DNA of 64,000 nucleotides, taken from the NCBI GenBank assembly GCA_965261545.1, contig CBDHDF010000010.1:1043389-1107388 (forward strand). The letters are read 5' to 3'. The DNA comes from Bdellovibrionales bacterium. GTDB lineage: Bacteria > Bdellovibrionota > Bdellovibrionia > Bdellovibrionales > UBA1609. Under the pieces are notes generated by a model. That model saw nothing but the letters and a program-made list of their open reading frames with translations, did no database searches and was not told the DNA's origin. The translations under genes and the position numbers were made by a program. Within the stretch, counting starts at the first letter, position 1; each line of letters starts with the position of its first letter. Below, in pieces: positions 1 through 9,833 of this stretch.

Positions 1-104
1 TTCACTTTCATGGGGGTGATTCTATCGATGTAAGTGTTGCATATGCCTATTTGTAAGGTGAGGATGACATAATAAAGGAAGTGTGCCAAGGCAAAAAAAA
101 TAGG

Positions 105-1115
105 CTATAGCGTCTTTTTGATAAAGCGAGACACTCTAGTCGTATAGCCCTTGGGAATTCGAATTTTGTGTTGATTAACAAACTTTGGGACAAAGCCCTT
201 AGTCAATTCGGGATTCAAACTAAACAAGCGGTTTTGATGAATGCCGAGAAAACTAGCAAGGTTGACCAGATCTGTACCTCCTGGTACATGAAAAAAATCA
301 TAGCGATGGGGAGACATAGGTTGGACCTTCTTCAAGCCATAGAGCTTTGGAGCTTTTGCAATAACCATAGCCGCAATAATTTTTGGGATATACTCCCTTG
401 TTTCTCGGGGAAAGTCGCTTTTTTCAGCCAGTCTCCAAAAATTATCGGTTCCATGTTTTTTAATAAGCCTCTTGAGGCGGCCCTCTCCCATATTATAGGC
501 TGATGCTGTTAGGTGCCAAGAGCCAAACATTTTATACAAATCTCCAAGATAAGAAGCAGCTGCCGCTGTGCTTTTTGAAAAATCTCTTCTTTCATCCAGC
601 CACCAATTCACCTGGAGCCCATATCGGTGGGCTGTTGGTTTTATAAACTGCCAATACCCCACAGCTTGAGCATGACTTGTGGCCCTCGGTGAGAATCCGC
701 TTTCAATCATGGCAATATAGAATAAGTCTTGAGGGAGCCCTTTGTTTGTGAGTGCTTCTTGCATCAATTTTCTATACCTAAAGGACCTTGAAATATACTT
801 TGTCATATGGGCTTTTCCTTTTGTTTGAAAGTACTTCACCCACTTTTGCACTTTTTTGTTATAGGTAATGGGAATATCAAAATGAAGAGTTCTTCGAGGC
901 GCTCTCCATTTTTTAGAGTTGGCGTGAAGAGCCCCCTGGTGGGATTGAAAGTTATGGCGAATCTTTGCGATGTTGGGCGACTGCGGCTGTGTATCTGCCC
1001 ACGTATCCATAGAATTCATAGAAATGCCAAGCCACAAAATAAGAAAGCCAACACGAAAGCGAACACGAAAGCGAAATAAGAAATAGATCATTTGAAAAAA
1101 CATGTGATAGAACAT
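105..1115 (-). CDS. MltD-like lytic transglycosylase (SLT domain, degenerate LysM C-terminus); start codon uncertain
   Basis: SLT motifs IESGF, AVGYWQFI, AYNMGEG and ETREYIPKI; C-terminal LNPEL segment. Confidence 0.85.
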   Translation of the reverse strand: MFYHMFFQMIYFLFRFRVRFRVGFLILWLGISMNSMDTWADTQPQSPNIAKIRHNFQSHQGALHANSKKWRAPRRTLHFDIPITYNKKVQKWVKYFQTKGKAHMTKYISRSFRYRKLMQEALTNKGLPQDLFYIAMIESGFSPRATSHAQAVGYWQFIKPTAHRYGLQVNWWLDERRDFSKSTAAAASYLGDLYKMFGSWHLTASAYNMGEGRLKRLIKKHGTDNFWRLAEKSDFPRETREYIPKIIAAMVIAKAPKLYGLKKVQPMSPHRYDFFHVPGGTDLVNLASFLGIHQNRLFSLNPELTKGFVPKFVNQHKIRIPKGYTTRVSRFIKKTL

Positions 1116-1290
1116 GAGGTTATTATAGAACTGAGTGAGAAGATCTTCAAATAAATGAGTGAGTATTTTGTCATAAGATATAAGGCTTAAGACAGAATTT
1201 TCTATTCATTCTCGTCAAATTTATGACACGACTTGACCTTTACAATGGCTTTTTAAGGTCATACCATAGGTGAGGGAGGAGTTTGGTAGG

Positions 1291-2013
1291 ATGAACCTTT
1301 TGCAAAACATATTATCCCCCCTCGCCCCTTGGCAAACACAAAGCCAGCAACTTAGAAGAGTTTGTCTCATGAATTCCCAAACTATTTACAAAAAAGCTCT
1401 TCAAGAGGCAAACAACTCTCGCATCGAATTTGAAAATGCCATGTACCAAATCATCACAGAGCCTAGTCAACCCCATAGATTAAAGTCCAAGTCCTCAATA
1501 CTCAATTTAGACAAGCGAATTCAAATGGTTTCCCAAAGCCTAAAAAGTACAAAAGTGACAGGAGCCGCTCTTGATATTGAGGTGTGGGGATGCGGCTTCT
1601 TATCCTTACAAATGAATGGGCAAGTCGTCTACACAAGAGGGGGATCTTTTAAGCAAGGCTCCAATGGACGCATTGAAAACCTCCGGGGCCACATACTTCT
1701 ACCTGAAATTTTCATTCCCACACAAGCTTATGGTATCCACATTACATCCAGTGGTTTGGTCAGTTATCTTGACTCAAAAAACGGATGCCCCCAAGAAGCT
1801 GGCTGTATAAAATTAGCCCTTTTTGCCAACTCCGCAGGTCTAAAGAGTATAGGTTCTCATTTGTACGTCCCCACCACAAAAAGTGGTCCCCCAGAGTTGG
1901 GAATTCCCCAAATAGGGCTCTTTGGAAGCCTTCAGCAGGGACGGCTGAGAAACTATGCCTATCTTCATGACATGCTTGAGAACTTGAGCCTTATCAAATC
2001 TTGGTTATGGTAG
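1291..2013 (+). CDS. FlgG/FlgF-like flagellar rod-family protein, divergent at both termini
   Basis: TG..LDI...G.GF, YTRGGSF, I.LA.FANSAGLKSIG..LY..T..SG and G.LQQG motifs; GGAGGAG upstream of ATG 1291. Confidence 0.65.
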   Translation: MNLLQNILSPLAPWQTQSQQLRRVCLMNSQTIYKKALQEANNSRIEFENAMYQIITEPSQPHRLKSKSSILNLDKRIQMVSQSLKSTKVTGAALDIEVWGCGFLSLQMNGQVVYTRGGSFKQGSNGRIENLRGHILLPEIFIPTQAYGIHITSSGLVSYLDSKNGCPQEAGCIKLALFANSAGLKSIGSHLYVPTTKSGPPELGIPQIGLFGSLQQGRLRNYAYLHDMLENLSLIKSWLW

Positions 2014-2276
2014 ATATCTACAAGAAAAACACCGTAAATATCTAGCCTTTCGTTGCTAATATAAGGATTATAGATAAAAGTAGAAGAATTTATCTAAAAA
2101 AATCCTTTTAGTATGTTTAAGTTGTAGTTATATTCCAATATGATAATATAATTCTTAGGAAATAGATTTAGAAAGGGTCCAACGGGCATCTTTCATAGAA
2201 CAAACTATTTCAACAAAATAGTTTGTGGCAGCTCTTGTAAAAGGAAGCGGTACGTGATGTTACGAGGAGGAAAGAG

Positions 2277-2576
2277 ATGGGAGTTGATAGCTCAATGGCA
2301 ATCCTATTGCCAGAAATAGGCAAAGGGCAAAGCAAAAATAACAAACAATCCGTTTTATCAAAGACAAAGAATTCCAAAACTGCGGAGTCTCCGAGTGCCA
2401 GTTGGTCCACCCAGGCAAAAAGAATGCAGCAAATCAAAGCCATGGCCAAGGATCAAAGCATTGACGAAGTGCGCATTAAGCATCTTCAGAAACTCATTGA
2501 CCAAGGGCGATATGAAGTTGATGCCGCTGCCGTTGCAGAGCACCTCCTCGATTCATATTTATCACTCCCCGAGTAG
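2277..2576 (+). CDS. flgM: Anti-sigma28 factor FlgM
   Basis: C-terminal IDEVRIKHLQKLIDQGRYEVDAAAVAEHLL; GAGGAGG SD. Confidence 0.8.
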   Translation: MGVDSSMAILLPEIGKGQSKNNKQSVLSKTKNSKTAESPSASWSTQAKRMQQIKAMAKDQSIDEVRIKHLQKLIDQGRYEVDAAAVAEHLLDSYLSLPE

Positions 2577-3920
2577 GGGTGCACCCTCCTCTTCCTTTTA
2601 ATTGAAGCTCAATGCTTAAAGTTATACTCTCCGTAGTGATTGATTTTTTGTGAAACTAAATCCCGAGTTTGACAGCAGCATCTGCGTTAAAATGCGAAAT
2701 TTCCAGAAATTGGGGTTGTACTGAAATATAATGGTAGCTGCTGGAAAAATTAAAATTGACGCAAAAAAAGTGTAGAAAACAAAATAGGATTTTATCGTTT
2801 TAAATATTGATATATCATAGAAATATGTAGAAAATATCCTCATGTACATCCAAACGACTAAAAACTCAAAAGGTCAGTGCTACTACCACCTTGTGGAGTC
2901 CTACAGAGAAAAAGGCAAATCCAAAAAACGCATGCTCATGTCCTTAGGTAAGGCTGGAGAAGGAGGAGAGGATAAGATTAATAGTTTGGCGCAGGCCGTA
3001 TCCCGCCACCGAGAGCTTCTCACTGTGAGTCAATTGGCTAAGGAGCTTTACATCGAAGAGACTTTCATTTTGGGTCCCTTGCTGATTTTACAAAAGTTGT
3101 TTGATCAACTGGGTATCAATAAGACCCTCAAAGACATAAAAGATTCTCATGAGAAAGTTCAATTTGATTTATGTAAGGTGATTTTTACCTTAGTTGCCAG
3201 CCGATTTATTGCTCCTAGTTCCAAGTTAAAGGTTTTTGAGTATTGGCAAAAATCTTTTTACCCAGACATGATTAAGGGTGATTTGAGTCTCCAGCATATT
3301 TATCGGTCTATGGACTTACTTGCCTCCCATAAGGATGAAATAGAGAACTCGCTTTATTGGGTGGGGCGAGATTTATTTAATTTCCAAGTAGACATTGTGT
3401 TGTATGATTTAACAACCTTACGCTTCGAGAGTACAAGAACAGACTTAGGGAAACTTCGTCAATTTGGCTATAGTAAAGAGAGACGATCAGACTGCACCCA
3501 AGTTGTCTTTGGTTTGTTGGTGAATCGGGATGGCATCCCTTTAGGTTTTGAGGTTTTCCCTGGTAATACTTTTGAAGGCAAGACGCTTTCAGATATTGTT
3601 GATAAAATGAGAAAAAAGTTTAATGTACGCCGTCATAGGTGTTCGTGGTTTTTTTCTAATTTTAATTCCGAATTAATGGAAATACTTTTCAAGCCTCCTT
3701 TTTTACATAGAGGGAAGTGGGCGATTTATAAATATTTGTAACTGTTCAGGGGGTAGCAGAGTTCAAGAGGTAAATTGCTCCTTCTTACCAGAGAAAATAT
3801 AAATCTCTCTCTGTAAACTCATGCCCCCCTGAATAGATACAAATATTTATAGATGGTATTTTGAGAAATGGACGCAGATTGACATTTGATATCCACGACA
3901 AGCCATGTGTTTTAAGAGAC

Positions 3921-4385
3921 TTAATTGTGTAACGAAAGAACTGTGGACTTTTGGGAACAACAGAATTTAAATTTCTTTCCACTTCCGCATGGACAGGATT
4001 GATTTCTTCCAATTTTTTCGCTTTGGTCATTTTTCTGCTGTGATGCAGACATATCTTCAGTTACAATTTTTTTTTGCTTTTCATCTTCCAAATCCTCATC
4101 CAAATTATCAAAAAGAATATCTCCTAGATTCTGGTGAAAGTAACGATTTTTAAATTGAGATATGAGCATCATAAAAATACATGTAAGAACCAAAAGTGTG
4201 AGTGAAGCAAAAAACAAAGAAGATGCTTGCATCTGAGTTAATGGGAGGATGAGTGCCAGTAAATAACCAAATCCAAATACCAATAAGGAAATAAGAAGAG
4301 ATATAAAGGATCCCAAAGAAAGTAATATTAAAAGTCCAAAAATCATTGCTATTTTTTGCTCCTGTCGAATACAATGAATCCGCAT
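3921..4385 (-). CDS. Passenger membrane protein with C-terminal SEC-C metal-binding motif
   Basis: Two hydrophobic N-terminal segments, acidic linker, KIGRNQSCPCGSGKKFKFCC. Confidence 0.8.
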   Translation of the reverse strand: MRIHCIRQEQKIAMIFGLLILLSLGSFISLLISLLVFGFGYLLALILPLTQMQASSLFFASLTLLVLTCIFMMLISQFKNRYFHQNLGDILFDNLDEDLEDEKQKKIVTEDMSASQQKNDQSEKIGRNQSCPCGSGKKFKFCCSQKSTVLSLHN

Positions 4386-4490
4386 AGATACAAGTGAGTT
4401 ATCTACAGACTTAATGATTCTCGCGTTAGTATCTTAATAGGTCAAGATTAATTGGAGGAAATTTTTATTTTTTAAACGCAGGGGGCAAAT

Positions 4491-5735
4491 ATGAGCACGG
4501 AAGCTCAAACACTTAAAACGATCAAAAAATGTTTCAAGAAAGTTATTCCTGAAAAGGACTCTCGGGCAACCATTCCACCTCTTGAGTTTATTGTGGCTCT
4601 TGTCTTGTCATTCCAGGGAGACTCTAAGACATATTCAATAGAGGGAATTAGGAGGTTTATGATAAGTCATTTAGGATTAAGAATTGAAAGACACAGCTTC
4701 TGGGAAAGACTCTCTAGAAAAAGATTAAAAGAGCTTCTGAGTAAACTGGTTGAAATGCTCATGATAAAGCTATCTCATGGAGCTTTTCATGGGAGCAAAG
4801 CCATATTATTACAACTGGGAGTCTCAGACGTTCTTCTTGTTGACTCAAGCACAATAAGCCTTTGGGATGGAGCATCTGAGAATTTTCCAGGGACAAGAAC
4901 AAACGCAGGAATTAAATGGCACGCTTGTTTCAGTTTATTCAGTGGTATAATGACTTGGTTCGAATTAACTCCGTCTTCCACTAACGATAGGAAGTGCTTT
5001 CCTGATATAAAGGAACTCGTTGGAAAATTAGTCATCTTTGATTTGGGATATTGGGACTATGGCTTATTGTCATCTATTCATGAAGCTAAAGGATTTTTCT
5101 TGTCTAGAGTGAAGTCAAATGCCTCTATTCTTATTGATGCTGTTGTTGAAGGTTTGCCAGATTACTATGTTGGAAAAGAGTTCTCTGATATTAAACTCAA
5201 GAAAAAAAACGATGTTGTTGAATTTATAGGCAGTGTCTTGTCCAATGGTAAATGGGTAAGTTTGAGAATTGTAGGCTTCTGGAATTCCTCCGAAAAACGC
5301 TATCATTGGTATTGCACGAATTTAGATGTGGCAGCGGAGTCCATATATCCAATTTATCGTTTACGTTGGCAATGTGAACTTATTTTCAAATCTTGTAAGA
5401 ATTCTTTGAATGCAAATCAGATCACCTCAAACGATCAAAATATCATAGAGAGTCTTCTTCTTGCTTCATTAGCGGCTCACCTCACATCAAGTGTTGTTTT
5501 GAGGATAGGAAGAACTAAACTCAATAAGGAACAAAATGACTCCACATCGTTTCAAAGAGTTGCTAAGGTTACCGTCTTATTAGCCTCTGATTTTATCAAA
5601 TATCTCCTAAGCTCATCTCAAAAGTATTTAAATATTTTGATAGAGAAGATCAAGATATTCTCCCATGAAATTTATGACACAAACTACCGACGGCGAAAAA
5701 CATCAATGAATATGGCTAAAAAGGTCTTGCTATGA
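4491..5735 (+). CDS. IS4-family DDE transposase
   Basis: LLVDSS, IFDLGY, FFLSR and YREK-type motif YRLRWQCELIFK. Confidence 0.92.
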   Translation: MSTEAQTLKTIKKCFKKVIPEKDSRATIPPLEFIVALVLSFQGDSKTYSIEGIRRFMISHLGLRIERHSFWERLSRKRLKELLSKLVEMLMIKLSHGAFHGSKAILLQLGVSDVLLVDSSTISLWDGASENFPGTRTNAGIKWHACFSLFSGIMTWFELTPSSTNDRKCFPDIKELVGKLVIFDLGYWDYGLLSSIHEAKGFFLSRVKSNASILIDAVVEGLPDYYVGKEFSDIKLKKKNDVVEFIGSVLSNGKWVSLRIVGFWNSSEKRYHWYCTNLDVAAESIYPIYRLRWQCELIFKSCKNSLNANQITSNDQNIIESLLLASLAAHLTSSVVLRIGRTKLNKEQNDSTSFQRVAKVTVLLASDFIKYLLSSSQKYLNILIEKIKIFSHEIYDTNYRRRKTSMNMAKKVLL

Positions 5736-6379
5736 AAGAATAAAAAACCACGAACACCTATGTGTACGCCGTTTCATTTTTGTGGCTGATAGGGGGCTTT
5801 TATCAAAGGCTAATACTGACAAACTCAGTGAGGATCAAAGCGAGTTTATTGTTGGTATGAAGCTTGGATCTTTAAAAAAAGAAAAGAAACAAGAGGTCTA
5901 TGATTTAAATCGTTTTAGCTGGGTATATGAGAATGAGCTTGCTGTTTACGAAACAGACCATGGGGGGCATAGATGTATTGTGACTTGGTCTAGGAAAAGA
6001 GCAGAGAGAGATAAAAAATCTAGAGAATCCCTTCTTGAAAAGATCGAAGGAAAACTATCTTCTAAAGGTGTTCAGTCTAGTACTTTTGTTTCCAATAAAG
6101 GTTATAAGAAATATGTAAAGATGGCTGACGACAAAAATAAAAAACCTGAATTAAATGCAGAACAAATAGAATTAGATGAAAAAATTGATGGTTTTTTTGC
6201 CGTCCTTACAAATGTCAAAGACTTGACGGCAGATGAGATTATTATCAACTACAAAGAATTGTGGAAAATTGAAGATGCTTTTGGTGAGTTAAAAGGGACT
6301 TTGAAAACACGTCCTGTTTTCCATTGGACAGACCAGAGGATTATTGGACATTTAACTCTATGCTTTTTAACTTATCTTT

Positions 6380-8268
6380 GAGCCTGTAAACTATTTTGTG
6401 TAACTGCCGAATCATATTAGGATGAACTATCATCCTGAAAGGAGAAGGCAAAATGGATATCAAGACAATAGGCAAGGAACTAGCGAAGAACGTCAAGACC
6501 CAAAAGGATTTATCCGACATAACGGGTCAACTGATGAAGGTTGTTTTAGAGACAGCTCTTAATGCGGAAATGGACGATCACCTAGGTTATGAGAGGCATG
6601 AGAAGTCTGAGACCCGCAAATCCAACACTCGCAATGGTTACAGTAGAAAGACCATAAAGGGAGAGAAAGGCGAGGTGGAGCTTCAGGTCCCCCGTGACCG
6701 AAGTGCCTCCTTTGAGCCCCAAGTCATTCCCAAAGGCAAGACTCGTCTTGAGGGCTTTGAAGACAGTATTCTGACCCTCTATGCGAGGGGAATGACGACC
6801 AGGGATATTCAAGGAGCTATCAAAGACCTCTACCATGGTGCAGAGATATCCCACTCAGTGATAGCCAACGTGACGGATGCTGTTATTGATGAAGTTACGG
6901 CTTGGCAGAACCGCCCCTTGGATAGCACTTACCCTATCGTATTTTTGGACTGTATCGTGGTGAAGGTCCATCAAGACAAGAGAGTTATTAATAAGGCGAT
7001 TTACCTAGCTCTTGGTATTACAGAGGAGGGTCAGAAAGACTTGTTGGGCCTATGGATTTCTGAAAATGAGGGTTCAAAGTTTTGGTTGAGTGTTTTGACT
7101 GAGCTGCAAAATCGAGGGTTGAAAGACGTATTTATATTTTCTGTAGATGGTCTTACAGGTTTTCCTCAAGCCATTTCAGCGGCTTTTCCCAAGTCTAAAG
7201 TACAACTGTGCATTGTCCATATGGTCCGCAATTCCCTTCGCTATGTTCCTTCCAAGGATATGAAAGCTGTCGCCCAAGACCTCAAGTCCATTTATGGCTC
7301 TACGACTCTGACAGAAGCTGAAAAGGCCCTTGAGGAATTTTGTACCAAGTGGTCTTCAAAGTATCCGAATATTGAAAAGTCTTGGCGTAGGAATTGGGAC
7401 AATCTCATCACTATTTTCGATTATCCGGATGAAATCAGAAAGATTTTTTATACCACAAACGCCATAGAGTCGTTAAATAGCGTGATCCGCAAGGCGATCA
7501 GAAATCGTAAGATATTTCCCAGTGATCGGTCGGCTTTAAAAGTTGTATATTTAGCGATAAAAATGGCCTCTAAGCGATGGACACGACCATTACACAACTG
7601 GAAGCCAGCCATGAACAGGTTTGCCATTGAATACGGTGACCGTTTTGACAACTAAGTTTTTTAATAAGGTCCACCACCTGCCTTATAAGGGGGCTTAAAA
7701 GCCCCTCTAAGGCGTTGACAGAAGTACTGGAATACCGAGACTATGGTTAGGGTAATATAGTATGGGAACCTAAATACATGCCCTCTTGGTGCAGATTTGG
7801 GTTCCCATTTTTTTTCATATTTCATCCCAATTCTGGTATTTCTCGAATATCCTAAGTTAAAAAAAATAAAAAAAAGGGGGTAATATAGTATGGGAACCTA
7901 AACACATGAACCCTTTGATGAGATTGGAATTTCCATTTTTTTGAGAGAGCCATTGCTGATTTTTTTTCAACCAAGATGATAATTATTTATTTGAGTTCTT
8001 TCCAGTTCTGATATGATCCCATTACGGCTCCATAATACAATCAAAAGTCCAGAGTAACTAAAGAGGCCAATTATATAGACCAGCGAAGATGTCCACCTCC
8101 CCATTAACTTATAATGCATTGTGACTGACAAAATCGCTTGAAGGAAAAAATGTCAATTATACATTGACGAATAATATGGGACTGTGCTTTTTACCAGGAG
8201 TGGAGCCACATAAGTGGCTTTAAGATTTAAGAAAAAAATTGCAGTTACACAATTATTTTTACAGTCCC
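6380..8268 (+). mobile_element. IS256-family copy 1, 1889 bp, with roughly 610-bp 3' non-coding region
   Basis: Imperfect TIR GAGCCTGTAAACTATTTTGTGTAACTGC / GCAGTTACACAATTATTTTTACAGTCCC; 8-bp TSD TTATCTTT at 6372-6379 and 8269-8276. Confidence 0.93.
6453..7655 (+). CDS. IS256-family transposase
   Basis: RNGY, VPRDR, VFLDC, DGLTGF, QLCIVH and YTTNAIES motifs; GGAG SD. Confidence 0.95.
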   Translation: MDIKTIGKELAKNVKTQKDLSDITGQLMKVVLETALNAEMDDHLGYERHEKSETRKSNTRNGYSRKTIKGEKGEVELQVPRDRSASFEPQVIPKGKTRLEGFEDSILTLYARGMTTRDIQGAIKDLYHGAEISHSVIANVTDAVIDEVTAWQNRPLDSTYPIVFLDCIVVKVHQDKRVINKAIYLALGITEEGQKDLLGLWISENEGSKFWLSVLTELQNRGLKDVFIFSVDGLTGFPQAISAAFPKSKVQLCIVHMVRNSLRYVPSKDMKAVAQDLKSIYGSTTLTEAEKALEEFCTKWSSKYPNIEKSWRRNWDNLITIFDYPDEIRKIFYTTNAIESLNSVIRKAIRNRKIFPSDRSALKVVYLAIKMASKRWTRPLHNWKPAMNRFAIEYGDRFDN

Positions 8269-8636
8269 TTATCTTTGTGAGGCCCACCTTACAAAATGTT
8301 TAAGAGATAAGAAGATGAACCTAAAAAGCCCAGCCATAGGCATTGGTCATGTTAAAGAGCGACCTTTAACTGTTGTAGAGGCCATGAGGGAACTCAAGGA
8401 AGTTAGGGCTATCCCTGTTAAAATTCGTGATCAAGTCATTTGGACCCGCACAGATATCACTGGCAATGCCAACTCCTTATTTAAAGCCGCAGGCGTCCCC
8501 ATCCCTCCCAGAATCCTTAATGCCCACAAGTGTGGATAAACAAAATACAACTATATGCGTTAATCCTTTAATATCATTCGTTTGACGCAGATGCTGCTGT
8601 CAAACTCGGGATTCACTATGCTCTTATCACCAAGGG

Positions 8637-9527
8637 CTAGTTTTTGTGTGTTGGGAATTGTTTGCGAATACGGCCCGATTCAATACCAACGAGGACCGCA
8701 TAGGCGGATAAGGGGTCTTTTATAAGTACATCAAATTCCCAAATAAGCTCATGAGGAGGTTCATTCGCCCATACCTTGGGCTTGGCGTCTTTGACATTTA
8801 TGCTCGCCTCTTCGCCATATTCTTGTTTGACAATATCCATGGCCTCATTTTGGGTCATTGTAATTTCTAGGGATATATTTTTATCCACATCTTTGATGAA
8901 GTTTTCAATGATATAGACGTCTCCTTGCTTCTTGTTGGAGGTGGCCTGCATCCAGCCGTCATAGACAGAAAAGTTTTCAAAGGACTGATTGACATAATGG
9001 GTCTTAGAAAGATTGGTTTCTTTTTTGGTTTCCTCTGGGGAGTTATAGCTAAAAGACGGCCCTGTAATACCTGCAAACTCAGCGAGTTCTCTGGCTAAGT
9101 TTTCAATATTCTTGGGATTATTACCAATACTTTTAATAACTCCTCCTTCAATGCGAAAGATTTGTTCATTGTGAGTTTGAAATTGCCACTGGGAGGAATA
9201 TTTTTGTAAGAAGGCTTTTTTAAAAGAACTCATAGTTTCAGTCCTGTGGGCATGTTTTTTGTCACTTTTGGGATGCTTTTCTGTGGGTTTAGGGAGAGGA
9301 GGATCCTCTTGGGAAAGAGTCATAGAGATTTGGGTTGGCTTTTTTGAAGATGGGTGGCGGGATTCAAGGTCAAGGGAGGAGTTTGGTGTGCCAGGGTCTG
9401 TTAAAGATTCGTTGAAAGAATTTGTTGTTGGCTGAGTAGGTTGGTGAGGAGTGAGAAAGAAGAAGCAGAGTAAGCTTAAACAAATGGCAAGGGCTGTCAG
9501 TAAAATCCACTTCATATAAGTATCCAT
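8637..9527 (-). CDS. Secreted or anchored protein with FTP/PepSY-like propeptide domains
   Basis: N-terminal hydrophobic helix; HYVNQSFENFSVYDG and WEFDV...VLVGIESGRI resemble M4/M36 propeptide motifs; no HEXXH. Confidence 0.5.
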   Translation of the reverse strand: MDTYMKWILLTALAICLSLLCFFFLTPHQPTQPTTNSFNESLTDPGTPNSSLDLESRHPSSKKPTQISMTLSQEDPPLPKPTEKHPKSDKKHAHRTETMSSFKKAFLQKYSSQWQFQTHNEQIFRIEGGVIKSIGNNPKNIENLARELAEFAGITGPSFSYNSPEETKKETNLSKTHYVNQSFENFSVYDGWMQATSNKKQGDVYIIENFIKDVDKNISLEITMTQNEAMDIVKQEYGEEASINVKDAKPKVWANEPPHELIWEFDVLIKDPLSAYAVLVGIESGRIRKQFPTHKN

Positions 9528-9753
9528 TTCATATTCATATAAATTTCCTTTGCTTGAAAAAGGCTCTTATTTGGAAAAACTTTCATTTGAGAAAAAACCT
9601 CGCCTCAGATTATTATACATGGTGTTTAAGAATTACACATTGTATGCCGCAGAATGTAACTTTTTCTATCTTAGGATTTTCTTGTTTCGATGAATCAAAT
9701 TGAGAAATGAGTCATATTAAGGCATTAGGTGACTTTGATCATTATGAATATAT

Positions 9754-9769
9754 TGGCATGGCATTTGCT
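9754..9769 (+). promoter_or_regulatory. sigma54 -24/-12 promoter
   Basis: TGGCAT-N5-TTGCT about 65 bp upstream of the ORF at 9834. Confidence 0.65.
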
Positions 9770-9833
9770 CTATATGGAGTATGATGACACGCTGTTCATA
9801 TAAGAAATAAGAAAATAAATAAGGAGGCCTATC

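Larger units (their letters stand above)
3634..5762 (+). mobile_element. IS4-family (IS231-like, CAT ends) element, 2129 bp, with passenger gene
   Basis: TIR CATAGGTGTTCGTGGTTTTTT / AAAAAACCACGAACACCTATG; 10-bp TSD TGTACGCCGT at 3624-3633 and 5763-5772. Confidence 0.92.
2842..8539 (+). pseudogene. IS1634 transposase split into three pieces (about 2842-3633, 5763-6379, 8269-8539)
   Basis: Pieces match the 553-aa ORF at 13106-14767. Confidence 0.95.
2662..8610 (+). mobile_element. IS1634-family copy 1, interrupted by an IS4-family element and an IS256
   Basis: TIR CCCGAGTTTGACAGCAGCATCTGCGT at both ends; removing the two inserts and their TSDs gives 1913 bp, same as the intact copies. Confidence 0.95.
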
